DNA from: Clostridia bacterium
GTDB taxonomy: Bacteria; Bacillota; Clostridia; Christensenellales; Borkfalkiaceae
Assembly (NCBI GenBank): GCA_017615975.1
Contig: JAFZYZ010000027.1
Span: 1 to 51,445, forward strand
DNA length: 51,445 nt
Direction: 5' to 3'
Shown here: in pieces, positions 9,444-18,615 of the stretch
Layout of the letters: each line of letters begins with the position of its first letter
Position numbering within the stretch: the first letter of the stretch is position 1
Notes under the pieces: model-generated
The model's input: only the letters and a program-made list of their open reading frames with translations
Told to the model about the DNA's origin: nothing
The model's database searches: none
Made by a program: the position numbers and the translations under genes

Positions 9444-10854
9444 ATTTATCAAAGCAGTTTCGTTCGTTCTTCTTTCGGTAATAGTTTCGCTGTCCGTTTC
9501 GTGCGGGGGTTCCGGTAAGGACGAAACGCCCTATTCCGAAAAACAGCCCTATTCGCTTTCCTTTGACGCTATCGGCGGAAAGGACGTTATGCCCCTTTCG
9601 GTGTTTTACAGTCCGTTTACGCCCGTAAGTTTAAAGAACGGTAATCAAGTTCCCGATTTTACAGACGAAAAGTATATAAAACTTTTTGCCGACGCGGGTA
9701 TAAACATATTCTCATCCGCACCGGAAGCGTACCCCAACTCCAAAACGAGTATAGAAAAGGTTTTAACGCTTGCCGAAAAGTATAATATCGGCTATTTCGT
9801 AAGAGATATATATCTTTACCAGATGGTGTTCTATCAGGACGACCTCGGCGGGCCTGCCACGGTGGTAAACGATTACAGAATAAAGACTTCTATCGAAGAA
9901 TTGTCTAAATTCAAGTCCTTTATCGGGTTTAACCTTTACGACGAACCGCCGTTCGAGGCGATGGAAGTCATCGGCAAGGTAAATTCGGCGGTGGAAAGGT
10001 ACGGGGACGGCAAATATGCAACCTACGTCAATCTTTTGCCTAACTGGGACTTGAAGTATAACAAAGGGGACGAAGACGTATCCTACGAACAGTATATCGA
10101 AGAGTTTTTAATGAAAGGCTGCGGAAAATATTTCTGTTTTGACCATTACGTTTTCGACAAGAAAAATTACGAACTGTATTTTAAAAATCTCGATATAGTC
10201 AAGAAGTATTGCGACGCGTACGAAGTGCCTTTCTGGTCTTTTATACAGGCCGGCGGACAATGGAACGACGCAATGGTGGAATTCGAGTCGGGTGAATATT
10301 TCCCGAGTGAAAGTCAACTCATCTGGAACGTCAACACTTCGGTAGCCTGCGGAGCGAAAGGGATACAGTATTTCCTTGGCATACAGCCTATATTTTTCGC
10401 GTACGCGCCGAACGGGACTTACGACTTTAAGCGCAACGCGATGATAGGCGCGGACGGCAGCATAAACGAATGGTATTATTACGTTCAGAAGGCAAACGAG
10501 CAATTACTTGCCTGCGACGACGTGATTATGAATTCCGTAAACCGCGGGGTTATAGCGTCGGGCTATGCTTCTGGCGAACTTGCGGGCTGCAATATGCTAA
10601 TTCGTGACGGCAAATTCCACGAACTTACCGGGGTAAAGGGCGACGCGCTTATAGGGTGTTTGGAACATAACAAAAAGACCGCGCTGTACGTAGTAAACTA
10701 TTCGATGGACAAGGCGCAGGATATCGTTTTGCAGTTTGACGCAAATCACGCGTTTACGGTGGTTCAGCGCGCCGAAGAGACTGAAATAAGCGGCAAAAAC
10801 CTTAAAATCCATTTAGAAGCGGGCGAAGCGGTTCTCGTCAACGTGGCGTCTTAA
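9433..10854 (+). CDS. lipoprotein paralogue of the glycoside-hydrolase-like family, 473 aa
   Basis: Lipobox LSVSCGG. The motifs GFNLYDEPP and YATYVNLLPNW are shared with 667-3093 and 3119-4321. The start overlaps the upstream stop by 11 nt, with an AAGGAGAAGG SD. Confidence 0.65.
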   Translation: MKNKFIKAVSFVLLSVIVSLSVSCGGSGKDETPYSEKQPYSLSFDAIGGKDVMPLSVFYSPFTPVSLKNGNQVPDFTDEKYIKLFADAGINIFSSAPEAYPNSKTSIEKVLTLAEKYNIGYFVRDIYLYQMVFYQDDLGGPATVVNDYRIKTSIEELSKFKSFIGFNLYDEPPFEAMEVIGKVNSAVERYGDGKYATYVNLLPNWDLKYNKGDEDVSYEQYIEEFLMKGCGKYFCFDHYVFDKKNYELYFKNLDIVKKYCDAYEVPFWSFIQAGGQWNDAMVEFESGEYFPSESQLIWNVNTSVACGAKGIQYFLGIQPIFFAYAPNGTYDFKRNAMIGADGSINEWYYYVQKANEQLLACDDVIMNSVNRGVIASGYASGELAGCNMLIRDGKFHELTGVKGDALIGCLEHNKKTALYVVNYSMDKAQDIVLQFDANHAFTVVQRAEETEISGKNLKIHLEAGEAVLVNVAS

Positions 10855-10869
10855 GGCGGGGTGATAGAG

Positions 10870-12132
10870 ATGAAAAAGATAGTTTATATTATTTTGTCTT
10901 TGATTTTGCTATTGACCTTAACGCCTTTTTACGCTTGCGGCGGCGGCAGCGGCGACAATTACGGACAGACGACCATTACACCCAAGCAAAAGGCGGTATA
11001 TCCCGTGAATCAAAGAGAAGAAAGACCTGTGCAGGTTAAAACGGAAATATCTGAATTCGACGCGTTCAGCGAAGACTGCGTAAAGTGGCTTGGCAGAAAT
11101 AAAACGGGCGAATATTACGGAGAAACCGCCGTCGCGCTTACTAACGTCGCAAGCGGGTTTTCCGTTTCCTTCAAAGGCTCGCGCCTTACCGTAAGGATTT
11201 ATTCGACGGCGGGTGCCGTGGCGAATATAGGCAACGGCTATATAAGGGTTTACGTTGACGGCGAATCCAGGCGAGTGGAACTTACCACGAACAACGCGTA
11301 TTACGATTTGGTTGTGGCGAAAAATCTTGACGCGGCGGAAATTCACACGGTAAAAGTGCTTAAAGCCACCGAAGAAGATTTTTCGCGGCTTTACGTCAGC
11401 GGTATATCGACGGACGGCGCGTTTTACACGCCCGACCTTGCGAGTGATTTAAAGATAGATTTTTACGGGGATTCTATTACGGCTGGGTTCGGTATTTTGG
11501 GGCACGGCGACGAAACGGCTTTAACCCAGACGTCAAGTTCTTTATGGGACGGTACTTTAACTTACGCAGCGTTGGTTTCCGACTATCTTGACGCAGACTT
11601 CAATACGGTGTGTAAGCAGGGTATAGCGCTTTCTTCCGCTTGCGATACGAACCTTGTCGGCTTTTCTATGAAGGAAGTCTATCAGAACTATTCGGTTTAC
11701 GACGATACGCCGTGGGATTATTCTAAATATCAGCCTGATATTATAGTAATAAATCTCGGCACTAACGACTATTCGTCTTTAATCGGGACTTCGGCCGGGA
11801 CTACTATCTTTAATCCGAACGCCGAAACGGACGCAAAATTAAACGCTTTTTTAGAAGATTATACAGCAATGATTTCGGATTTGCATATAAAATGCCCGAA
11901 AGCGAAAATTCTTTGCTGTTTAGGTATGATGAACGCGGCGTCGCTATATAGCGAAATAGAGAATATGGTGAACGGCTTGCGTAAAAACGGCGCTGACTAC
12001 GTTTACAGCGTGGAATTATTCACGGGTAAATTAGGCGCGTTCGGACACCCGTCGGTAAGCAGCAACGAAGTCAACGCAGGTATAGTGTTAGAAGCGCTTT
12101 CCGCCTACTGCGGAATAAACGCCAGAAATTAA
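10870..12132 (+). CDS. SGNH/GDSL carbohydrate esterase lipoprotein (CE2-like layout: N-terminal beta-sandwich plus SGNH domain)
   Basis: ATG 10870 (MKKIVY) is preferred over GTG 10861. Lipobox FYACGG. SGNH blocks FYGDSITAGFG, INLGTNDY and GHPS. Confidence 0.75.
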   Translation: MKKIVYIILSLILLLTLTPFYACGGGSGDNYGQTTITPKQKAVYPVNQREERPVQVKTEISEFDAFSEDCVKWLGRNKTGEYYGETAVALTNVASGFSVSFKGSRLTVRIYSTAGAVANIGNGYIRVYVDGESRRVELTTNNAYYDLVVAKNLDAAEIHTVKVLKATEEDFSRLYVSGISTDGAFYTPDLASDLKIDFYGDSITAGFGILGHGDETALTQTSSSLWDGTLTYAALVSDYLDADFNTVCKQGIALSSACDTNLVGFSMKEVYQNYSVYDDTPWDYSKYQPDIIVINLGTNDYSSLIGTSAGTTIFNPNAETDAKLNAFLEDYTAMISDLHIKCPKAKILCCLGMMNAASLYSEIENMVNGLRKNGADYVYSVELFTGKLGAFGHPSVSSNEVNAGIVLEALSAYCGINARN

Positions 12133-12163
12133 AACTTAATATTTTCATTTAAGGAGGAAAAAA

Positions 12164-15100
12164 ATGAAAATAGCGACTAAAAGAATTATATTATACGCAC
12201 TTTCCGCGCTTTTTGCGCTGTGCGTAGGTTTTGCCGTCGCGTTCAGCGTGCAAAATGCGGCGTACGCGGACGAACCGACGGTGGTCAACTTGAAAATACA
12301 CACGGCTAATCCTACGCAGTATCAGAACAACGCCTTAAACAACACTACGTACTGGACGAGTTTGTGCTTCTTAAATGCCGACGACGCTAATAATCAAGGC
12401 GTCAGCACGGGTGAAACTTCCGGCTATAATTTTTCGGATCTTTTATCCAAGACCACTTATACCGGTGCGGCTAACACGATTAATTATTATCCCGCGTCCA
12501 TTTGGGGCTGGGCGACTAACACGAAGAGTGCAACTTTCCGCTTTATATATTTAAGGACGGCGAATAGCCCGACCGAAGGCGACACAGTTGCGATAAGTGC
12601 CGGCGCTTGGTTTACGACGGGTGGCACGATAAATGAAAAGTACGTTTTAGCGGAAGATATAAACCTGCGTTTTAACGGTACGGGTTGGGAAATATACGTT
12701 CCCTACGTTGAACCGACGGTAAAGAACGTAAGTTTTTTAAAGATAGACGACACCTGGAATAATTACGCTTACAGTCAGGGCGGTTATACCAGATATTCGC
12801 TTGTCAAGTTTACTGGCGGTATAAGCACGGGTTCACACGTTGCCGGCAATATGGATATGAGTAATCTTAAGGCAAACACCACCTATACCGGTAGCGATTT
12901 AAGTTGGGACTTTATTTCGTCGAGTTTAATATACGGCGAAAACAGCGCGAATAATAATCTTATAATATTCCGCACGAGTGCTAATCCTGCGGAAGGCGAT
13001 ACGTTAGAAATAAAAGCGGGCGCTTGGTTCATAACGGGCGGCACGATAAACGAAAAGTACGTTTTGACGAGCGATATAAATCTGGAATTTAACGGCACGA
13101 CTTGGGAAGTTCGCGTACTTGAACCTACGACGGTAGAAATAACTTACGATAAAATCGCAGACCAGAACAGTGCGCCCATAGGCAACCCCGTATCGTTTTA
13201 TCTTACAAGATTGTATTTTGATAAAAAGATTAGTGCGGGCGTAAAAGCGGAAAAAGATTTCAGCAATCTCAACGCAAATACCACTTATACGGGTTCTGAT
13301 ACCGAGTATTTTTGGCAAAGCGGGAACGACGTCGGTTTCCCGGAGAATACGACCGATTATAAGTTTATATATTTAAAAACGACGACGCTGCCTAACACGG
13401 GCGACGAAATATCGGTAAAAGCGGGTGCTTGGTTCATAACGGGCGGCACGGTAAACGAGAAATACGTTTTAGCGGAAGATATGAACTTGCGCTTTGACGG
13501 CACGGCCTGGGGGACTGTCGGTCAGTTCGCAATTGAAAGAGTATTGTGGAACGGTTCTGATCAAAGCGGCAAAAACGGTGCGCAACTTACCGCTTGGGGC
13601 ATAGAGAACGACGGTGCTGCCGCGGCAAAACCGCTTGTCGGAACTTGCGCGCTTTTAAGCGTGGGCACTTTATCTGTCGCCGCTACGGCTAATCTTGCAA
13701 GCAGTATAACGGGAATAAAATATAACGGCACGCCTATAAGCGAAGTGGACGGCGCGCTTGTTGCGGAGTGGCTTACACACTTATTTATATACGTTCCCTA
13801 TAGAACGGGGCTTATCACTATTGAAGAAGGCGCGTTTGTCGGCAACAAATATGCGGATAAGGAATACCACTATATTTTAAACGAACACTCTTCTTCCGTC
13901 GTTTGGGTACAGGCGGTCAATCCGCAACTTATCGACGGCGAGTGGGTGGACTTATACGGCAAGCAGGAAGTTAAATTCTCCTGTGTGAACGTTAGTTGGA
14001 ATAACGTAAGGAACTATGCTTCGGGAGATAAGCGTTTAGTACAGACTATCCTTGATTTCGATTATACCGACAAAAACAGGCCCGAAGTTCAGGAAGGCGA
14101 AACCGCGCCCATCCTTTGGCTGGGGAAAGCGTCGAGTTCCGTTCCTTCCGCAGTTGCGAAACGGATAACGGTAAACGGCGTTAAACTTTCCGAAATAGCG
14201 GGGGCGTACGTCGATTATTCGCAAGGTTATAACCATATGTTTGTGGTAATTCCCGAAAGCGCGTTGATTCCTACCGCGGAATATCCCGCGACTAAACTTG
14301 AAATACTTGAAAACGCGGTGTTTGAAGATTCCGTATTGCCCCAACTGACTTTAACTCTTATCGGCGGCGCTTGGGTGGTAGGCGAATTCGAACAGTACGA
14401 TTTGCCTGCGGACGGATATAAAACCGTTGCCGACGTATCGGGTAGCGATACTATCAAGATTTATGCAAACACTCAGGCTGCGTCCGTTATAGACGGCGAA
14501 AACGTGGATTTCAGGTTCTTGCTTTCTGCGGACTCCATAATGAAAAACGGTGCGCCCGCGGGGTATATGACTTTATACCTTAAAGCGACGCAAGACAGAA
14601 ACTGGGACGGATTCAGGTTTGATTTCCGTTTCGACTGGACGACTTTACGGTACGTAGTAAACGTGTACGACGCGTCGACGGTTAATCAGGAAGAAGTAGA
14701 TGAAGGCGGCAGCGGCCATAAACTTTTAGGCACTTTCCCCGTAGGATTCGCGGCTAAAGACTGTGCAAGTTTTGCGTTTATAATAACCGAAGAGAACGGC
14801 TTATATAATATCGTTATCGTAGAAGACGGGCTTAAACTCGGCGAAATAACGGGTGTAAACCTGCGCGGCGACAGAATAGGAAACGCTATGCTCGTATATT
14901 CGCCGCTGGTCGAATGGACGTTGCGTAATTATAAAGCGGGCGACGTTTCCGCTCCCGTTGTTTACGTCAACACGAGGGAAGAATATTTCCTTGAAGAAGG
15001 CGACGTAGTCCCCGAATTCGAGTACAGAATTTACGACAGAACGGACGCGACAGAAGACGTTGCCACGGAAGTCAGATACGACGAATCCGCTTTGGATAAC

Positions 15101-15724
15101 GAAGAAAAACTTATCGCGGGCGAATACGAATTCGAAATAATTGCTACCGACCAAAACGGCAATATCGCTGTAAAAAAGATTATTCTGCACGTTGCAGGCG
15201 AACAAAGGTTTACGATAACTTTCGACGGTAAGAACGGAGTTGAATACGTATTCGGCAGCCTTATTGAAGAACCCGAAACGCCCGCGAAGGCTGCGACCAC
15301 AAGAGTCTATTACGTGTTCGACGGCTGGTATAACGGCGAAGTTAAGTGGGATTTTGCAAACGATACGGTATCTTCCGACTTAAATCTCGTTTCCCGCTTT
15401 ACAGAAAAGGACGTTCTCTATAAAATCACCTTTACGGGCTTAGGCGACGAAGACGTGGAAGTTTATGCAAAGTACGGCGCTCAGCCAGACCTTTCTTTCC
15501 TTGAAAAATCGGGATATAACGTCGTGCTTAAAGTGGACGGCGAATCCGTAGATAGGATTATAGTAATGGGCGATACCACGGTAGCGGTTTCCTACGCCAA
15601 AAACGGCGGTGGCGACAGCGGCAAGAAAGGCGGCTGCGGTTCGGAAATCAATTCCGGCTATATAATTATCCCCGTGCTTTTAACCCTTGCAGGCGTTATG
15701 ATTTTAAGGAAAAAGGAGAATTAA
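12164..15724 (+). CDS. large cell-surface protein, 1186 aa, with three tandem modules, a Listeria-Bacteroides-type repeat and a GGCGSE-TM-basic C-terminus
   Basis: AAGGAGG SD and an N-terminal signal/anchor. Three ~135-aa repeats end in AGAWF-TGGT-NEKYVL..NL-F-GT-W. YYVFDGWYNGEVKWDFANDTV fits the Flg_new/InlB-B repeat. C-terminal GGCGSE (nt 15629-15646), then a TM span and RKKEN. Confidence 0.75.
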   Translation: MKIATKRIILYALSALFALCVGFAVAFSVQNAAYADEPTVVNLKIHTANPTQYQNNALNNTTYWTSLCFLNADDANNQGVSTGETSGYNFSDLLSKTTYTGAANTINYYPASIWGWATNTKSATFRFIYLRTANSPTEGDTVAISAGAWFTTGGTINEKYVLAEDINLRFNGTGWEIYVPYVEPTVKNVSFLKIDDTWNNYAYSQGGYTRYSLVKFTGGISTGSHVAGNMDMSNLKANTTYTGSDLSWDFISSSLIYGENSANNNLIIFRTSANPAEGDTLEIKAGAWFITGGTINEKYVLTSDINLEFNGTTWEVRVLEPTTVEITYDKIADQNSAPIGNPVSFYLTRLYFDKKISAGVKAEKDFSNLNANTTYTGSDTEYFWQSGNDVGFPENTTDYKFIYLKTTTLPNTGDEISVKAGAWFITGGTVNEKYVLAEDMNLRFDGTAWGTVGQFAIERVLWNGSDQSGKNGAQLTAWGIENDGAAAAKPLVGTCALLSVGTLSVAATANLASSITGIKYNGTPISEVDGALVAEWLTHLFIYVPYRTGLITIEEGAFVGNKYADKEYHYILNEHSSSVVWVQAVNPQLIDGEWVDLYGKQEVKFSCVNVSWNNVRNYASGDKRLVQTILDFDYTDKNRPEVQEGETAPILWLGKASSSVPSAVAKRITVNGVKLSEIAGAYVDYSQGYNHMFVVIPESALIPTAEYPATKLEILENAVFEDSVLPQLTLTLIGGAWVVGEFEQYDLPADGYKTVADVSGSDTIKIYANTQAASVIDGENVDFRFLLSADSIMKNGAPAGYMTLYLKATQDRNWDGFRFDFRFDWTTLRYVVNVYDASTVNQEEVDEGGSGHKLLGTFPVGFAAKDCASFAFIITEENGLYNIVIVEDGLKLGEITGVNLRGDRIGNAMLVYSPLVEWTLRNYKAGDVSAPVVYVNTREEYFLEEGDVVPEFEYRIYDRTDATEDVATEVRYDESALDNEEKLIAGEYEFEIIATDQNGNIAVKKIILHVAGEQRFTITFDGKNGVEYVFGSLIEEPETPAKAATTRVYYVFDGWYNGEVKWDFANDTVSSDLNLVSRFTEKDVLYKITFTGLGDEDVEVYAKYGAQPDLSFLEKSGYNVVLKVDGESVDRIIVMGDTTVAVSYAKNGGGDSGKKGGCGSEINSGYIIIPVLLTLAGVMILRKKEN
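12281..13513 (+). repeat. three in-frame tandem ~400-nt coding repeats inside the 1186-aa gene
   Basis: Protein segments aa ~40-176, ~185-316 and ~322-450 align. The DNA cores (gcgggcgcttggttcataacgggcggcacgataaacgaaaagtacgtttt and variants) are recognisably similar. Confidence 0.75.
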
Positions 15725-15725
15725 A

Positions 15726-17375
15726 ATGAAAAAGAGATTTAGCCTTTTTATCGCATTAATTTCTTTACTGTTATTAAGTTGTTTTGCGTTTGCCGCGTTC
15801 GGCGCGTTTGCGGAAACCGACGGTGAACAAGAGACGGAAACGCAAGTAGAGTTTTCCAAGGAAATCACCGCTATTACCCCTAAAAACGGTGAAACGGTAA
15901 GCCTTGTAAACAAGTATATAGAAACTCTTTTCGACCGTTTTAACGGCGAATATTCGTCCGTAAGTAAACTTTTGAATATTACCGACGAAATGGCGACTTT
16001 TACGGATGCTTTGCGTGATGAGGACGCTGTCCGCGCACAGGACGCTGTCCGCGCACTTTATAATAAATTCGACGACTTTAAGCCTGTCAACAACGTTTTG
16101 AAGTGGGACTACGCGGGCGATGCGGAAAGTTATACCGTAGTCGTTTCAACGAAAGCCGACTTATCGACTTATATTTATAAGGGTGATACGGCGGACGCGG
16201 AACTTTTACTCGACAATATTCTGTATCCGGAAGAAAACTATTTCTGGCAGGTAAGCGCAAATCTTGCGGGCGGCGAAAGCGTTGTTTCCGACATATTTGC
16301 TTTTACGACGAAAGATACGATAAGGACTATCGATATAGACGGCGTTTCTAATACGAGAGATATCGGCGGTTTCGATACGCCTTACGGCAAAACCTTAAAC
16401 GGACTTGTTTACCGCTGCGCCCGTATCGACGATATAACCGAAAAGGGTATCGCGCAGATGGACGCGCTTAAAATAAAGTCGGACGTGGATTTAAGGAATT
16501 TAAACGAAGGTAAACGCAACCCGTCTGAGCGGGAAAACGATTACGCGTATCTTTGCGCGCCTATGTATTTAAGCGTTTTTGACGTAAGCGTAAAAGAAAA
16601 CGTTAAGAACGTCGTATCGCTGTTCGCAGATCCCGATAATTATCCGATAATTTTCCACTGTTCGGTGGGGCGCGACAGAACGGGTTCTCTGTCGTTTATC
16701 CTTAACAACCTGTTAGGCGTAAGCCAAGAAGAAATAATATGCGAATATTTAACTTCGTTCTTCTCCGTAACCGGTTCGCTTTCCGTGTCGAAGGAAGAGA
16801 GCGAACTGCTGGAAGCGATTAAAGCGATGTATATTATATTAGACGGCTATGCGGGCGAAAATTACGCGGAAAAGACGGCGAGTTTCCTGATAAGTTGCGG
16901 TATTACGGAAGTAGAAATAGACGCTATAAGAGATATCTTTACGGGCAAAATTGCCATAGAAAATCCGCGGCAAGAGACGGAAAACGCCGACTATCAGAAT
17001 AAATTTATCGTATCGTTCAGGTGTTTCGGCAAAGCCGAACGGTTTGTTGCGGTAGATAGCGGGGCGGTTGTCGCTGCGCCTTACGATCTGGAAAACAGCT
17101 ACGTATGGACGGTAAACGGCAGCGTAGCGGACTTTTCGCAGCCTATAACCGCGGATACTGATTTCGTAGCGGAAAAGGTAGAAGGATTTACCGTATCATT
17201 TATAGTGGGCGGCGAAAAGACCGAAGCGTTTTATATTACGGGTGCTACGGTAGACTTGTCGCAATTCGAAAAGGCGGATTATTACACTTTCTTCGTAAAT
17301 CAGGCGGGCGACTTGCTGGACGCGTTAGTCGTCAACGGCGATACTACAATTAGCGTAATATATATAAAGAAATAA
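15726..17375 (+). CDS. secreted tyrosine-phosphatase-family (CX5R, Y_phosphatase3-like) protein, 549 aa
   Basis: Signal peptide. The NTRDIGG motif and the P-loop HCSVGRDRTGS (C-x5-R). AAGGAGA SD. Confidence 0.65.
   Translation: MKKRFSLFIALISLLLLSCFAFAAFGAFAETDGEQETETQVEFSKEITAITPKNGETVSLVNKYIETLFDRFNGEYSSVSKLLNITDEMATFTDALRDEDAVRAQDAVRALYNKFDDFKPVNNVLKWDYAGDAESYTVVVSTKADLSTYIYKGDTADAELLLDNILYPEENYFWQVSANLAGGESVVSDIFAFTTKDTIRTIDIDGVSNTRDIGGFDTPYGKTLNGLVYRCARIDDITEKGIAQMDALKIKSDVDLRNLNEGKRNPSERENDYAYLCAPMYLSVFDVSVKENVKNVVSLFADPDNYPIIFHCSVGRDRTGSLSFILNNLLGVSQEEIICEYLTSFFSVTGSLSVSKEESELLEAIKAMYIILDGYAGENYAEKTASFLISCGITEVEIDAIRDIFTGKIAIENPRQETENADYQNKFIVSFRCFGKAERFVAVDSGAVVAAPYDLENSYVWTVNGSVADFSQPITADTDFVAEKVEGFTVSFIVGGEKTEAFYITGATVDLSQFEKADYYTFFVNQAGDLLDALVVNGDTTISVIYIKK
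16021..16056 (+). repeat. perfect 18-bp tandem duplication (aggacgctgtccgcgcac x2) inside the phosphatase-like gene
   Basis: Read directly from the sequence. It gives the in-frame peptide duplication DAVRAQ-DAVRAL. Confidence 0.95.
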
Positions 17376-17391
17376 ACAATTAAAAAGCCGC

Positions 17392-17428
17392 GCTACCCGC
17401 CTTTTTAAGAAAGGCGGGTAGCCGTTTG
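17392..17428 (+). terminator. rho-independent terminator ending the glycan locus
   Basis: Perfect 13-bp stem gctacccgccttt / aaaggcgggtagc with a 5-nt loop, followed by cgttt. Confidence 0.7.
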
Positions 17429-17446
17429 GTATCAAGGAGAAAAGTT

Positions 17447-17998
17447 ATGAAAAAAGTTGCGCTTTTGGGCGATTCCATAAGGCAGATAGGCTACGGGCTT
17501 AAAGTGCCCGAACTTTTGGGCAAAGAATACGAGGTGTTTCAGCCGGAAGATAATTGTCGGTTTGTAAAATATACGCTTAGAATGATGTTCGACCTGTTGC
17601 AGAACATTAAGGACTGCGATATAATCCACTGGAACAACGGACTTTGGGATATTTGCAGGCTGTTTGAAGACGGCGAACCGTTTACGAGCGAACAGGAATA
17701 CGTGGAGAATATGATACGGGTTGCTACGATACTTAAAGGCATTACGCCCAACGTCATATTTGCCACGACTACGCCTGTAAGAAAGGAAAATCCTTACAAC
17801 CGCAACGAAGATATAGACAGGTACAATGCGCTTGTCGTTCCCAAACTTAAAGAAATGGGCTTTGTAATCAACGACCTTAACGGGCTTATAAGGAACGATA
17901 TTGAAAAGTACATATGCGACGACCTTATTCATCTTACCGAAGTAGGCAAGGATATCTGTGCCGAACAGGTTGTAAGATGTATCAAGTCGTTCGGTTAA
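17447..17998 (+). CDS. SGNH/GDSL-family hydrolase (cytoplasmic, 183 aa)
   Basis: ATG 17447 has an AAGGAGA SD. Blocks VALLGDSIR, HWNNGLWD and DDLIHLT (DxxH). Confidence 0.75.
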   Translation: MKKVALLGDSIRQIGYGLKVPELLGKEYEVFQPEDNCRFVKYTLRMMFDLLQNIKDCDIIHWNNGLWDICRLFEDGEPFTSEQEYVENMIRVATILKGITPNVIFATTTPVRKENPYNRNEDIDRYNALVVPKLKEMGFVINDLNGLIRNDIEKYICDDLIHLTEVGKDICAEQVVRCIKSFG

Positions 17999-18026
17999 AG
18001 GCTATAAAGACAGTTTTTAAGAATAT

Positions 18027-18062
18027 GAAAAAGGCTTGGCAATACCGCCAAGCCTTTTTTTC
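18027..18062. terminator. bidirectional terminator between the SGNH gene (+) and hpt (-)
   Basis: Stem ggcttggc / gccaagcc, flanked by an A-run upstream and a T-run downstream. Confidence 0.7.
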
Positions 18063-18073
18063 TTTAATAGGGT

Positions 18074-18601
18074 TTATAATTTCGAAGCATCGATAATTTC
18101 CGCAAGGAAGGGGAATTCTCTGTACTGTTCCGCATAGTCCAGCCCGTAGCCTATAACGAACCCGCAGGGGATATCGAAGCCTACGTAATCCACGTCTATA
18201 TCCACTTCACGCCGTTCTTTCTTGTCCAAAAAGGCGCATATCTTTACCGAAGCGGGGTGGCGCGTTTTCAAAAGTTCTATAAAGTAAGAAAGGGTTTTGC
18301 CGCTGTCCACTATATCTTCGACGAGTATTACGTCCCGCCCTTCGATTTCGGCGGTTATGTCGTAGATAAGTTCCATCTGCCCGCTGGTAGTACCGTTTCT
18401 ATAACTCGAAAGCCTTGCAAAGTCCAGCATAAGCGGTAGTTTTATGTTTTTGGTCAAGTCCGCAAAGAAATATACCGCACCTTTAAGCATACATATAATA
18501 ACGGGCTTTTTGTCTTTATAGTCGCGCGTTATCTCTTCGCCTAATTCTTTGACGCGCTTTGCAATGGTTTCTTGAGTTAACAGTATTCTGTAATTATCCA
18601 T
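18074..18601 (-). CDS. hpt: hypoxanthine-guanine phosphoribosyltransferase
   Basis: 175 aa. PRPP-binding motif VILVEDIVDSGKTL. It sits immediately downstream of tilS, as in many Firmicutes. Confidence 0.9.
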   Translation of the reverse strand: MDNYRILLTQETIAKRVKELGEEITRDYKDKKPVIICMLKGAVYFFADLTKNIKLPLMLDFARLSSYRNGTTSGQMELIYDITAEIEGRDVILVEDIVDSGKTLSYFIELLKTRHPASVKICAFLDKKERREVDIDVDYVGFDIPCGFVIGYGLDYAEQYREFPFLAEIIDASKL

Positions 18602-18615
18602 ATCTTTCCTTTGTG

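Noticed and set aside
17432-17932. 166-aa minus-strand ORF
   Set aside because: It is fully antisense to the SGNH hydrolase gene, which has clear catalytic blocks. Its composition is basic and Phe/Val/Tyr-rich, as is typical of antisense frames.
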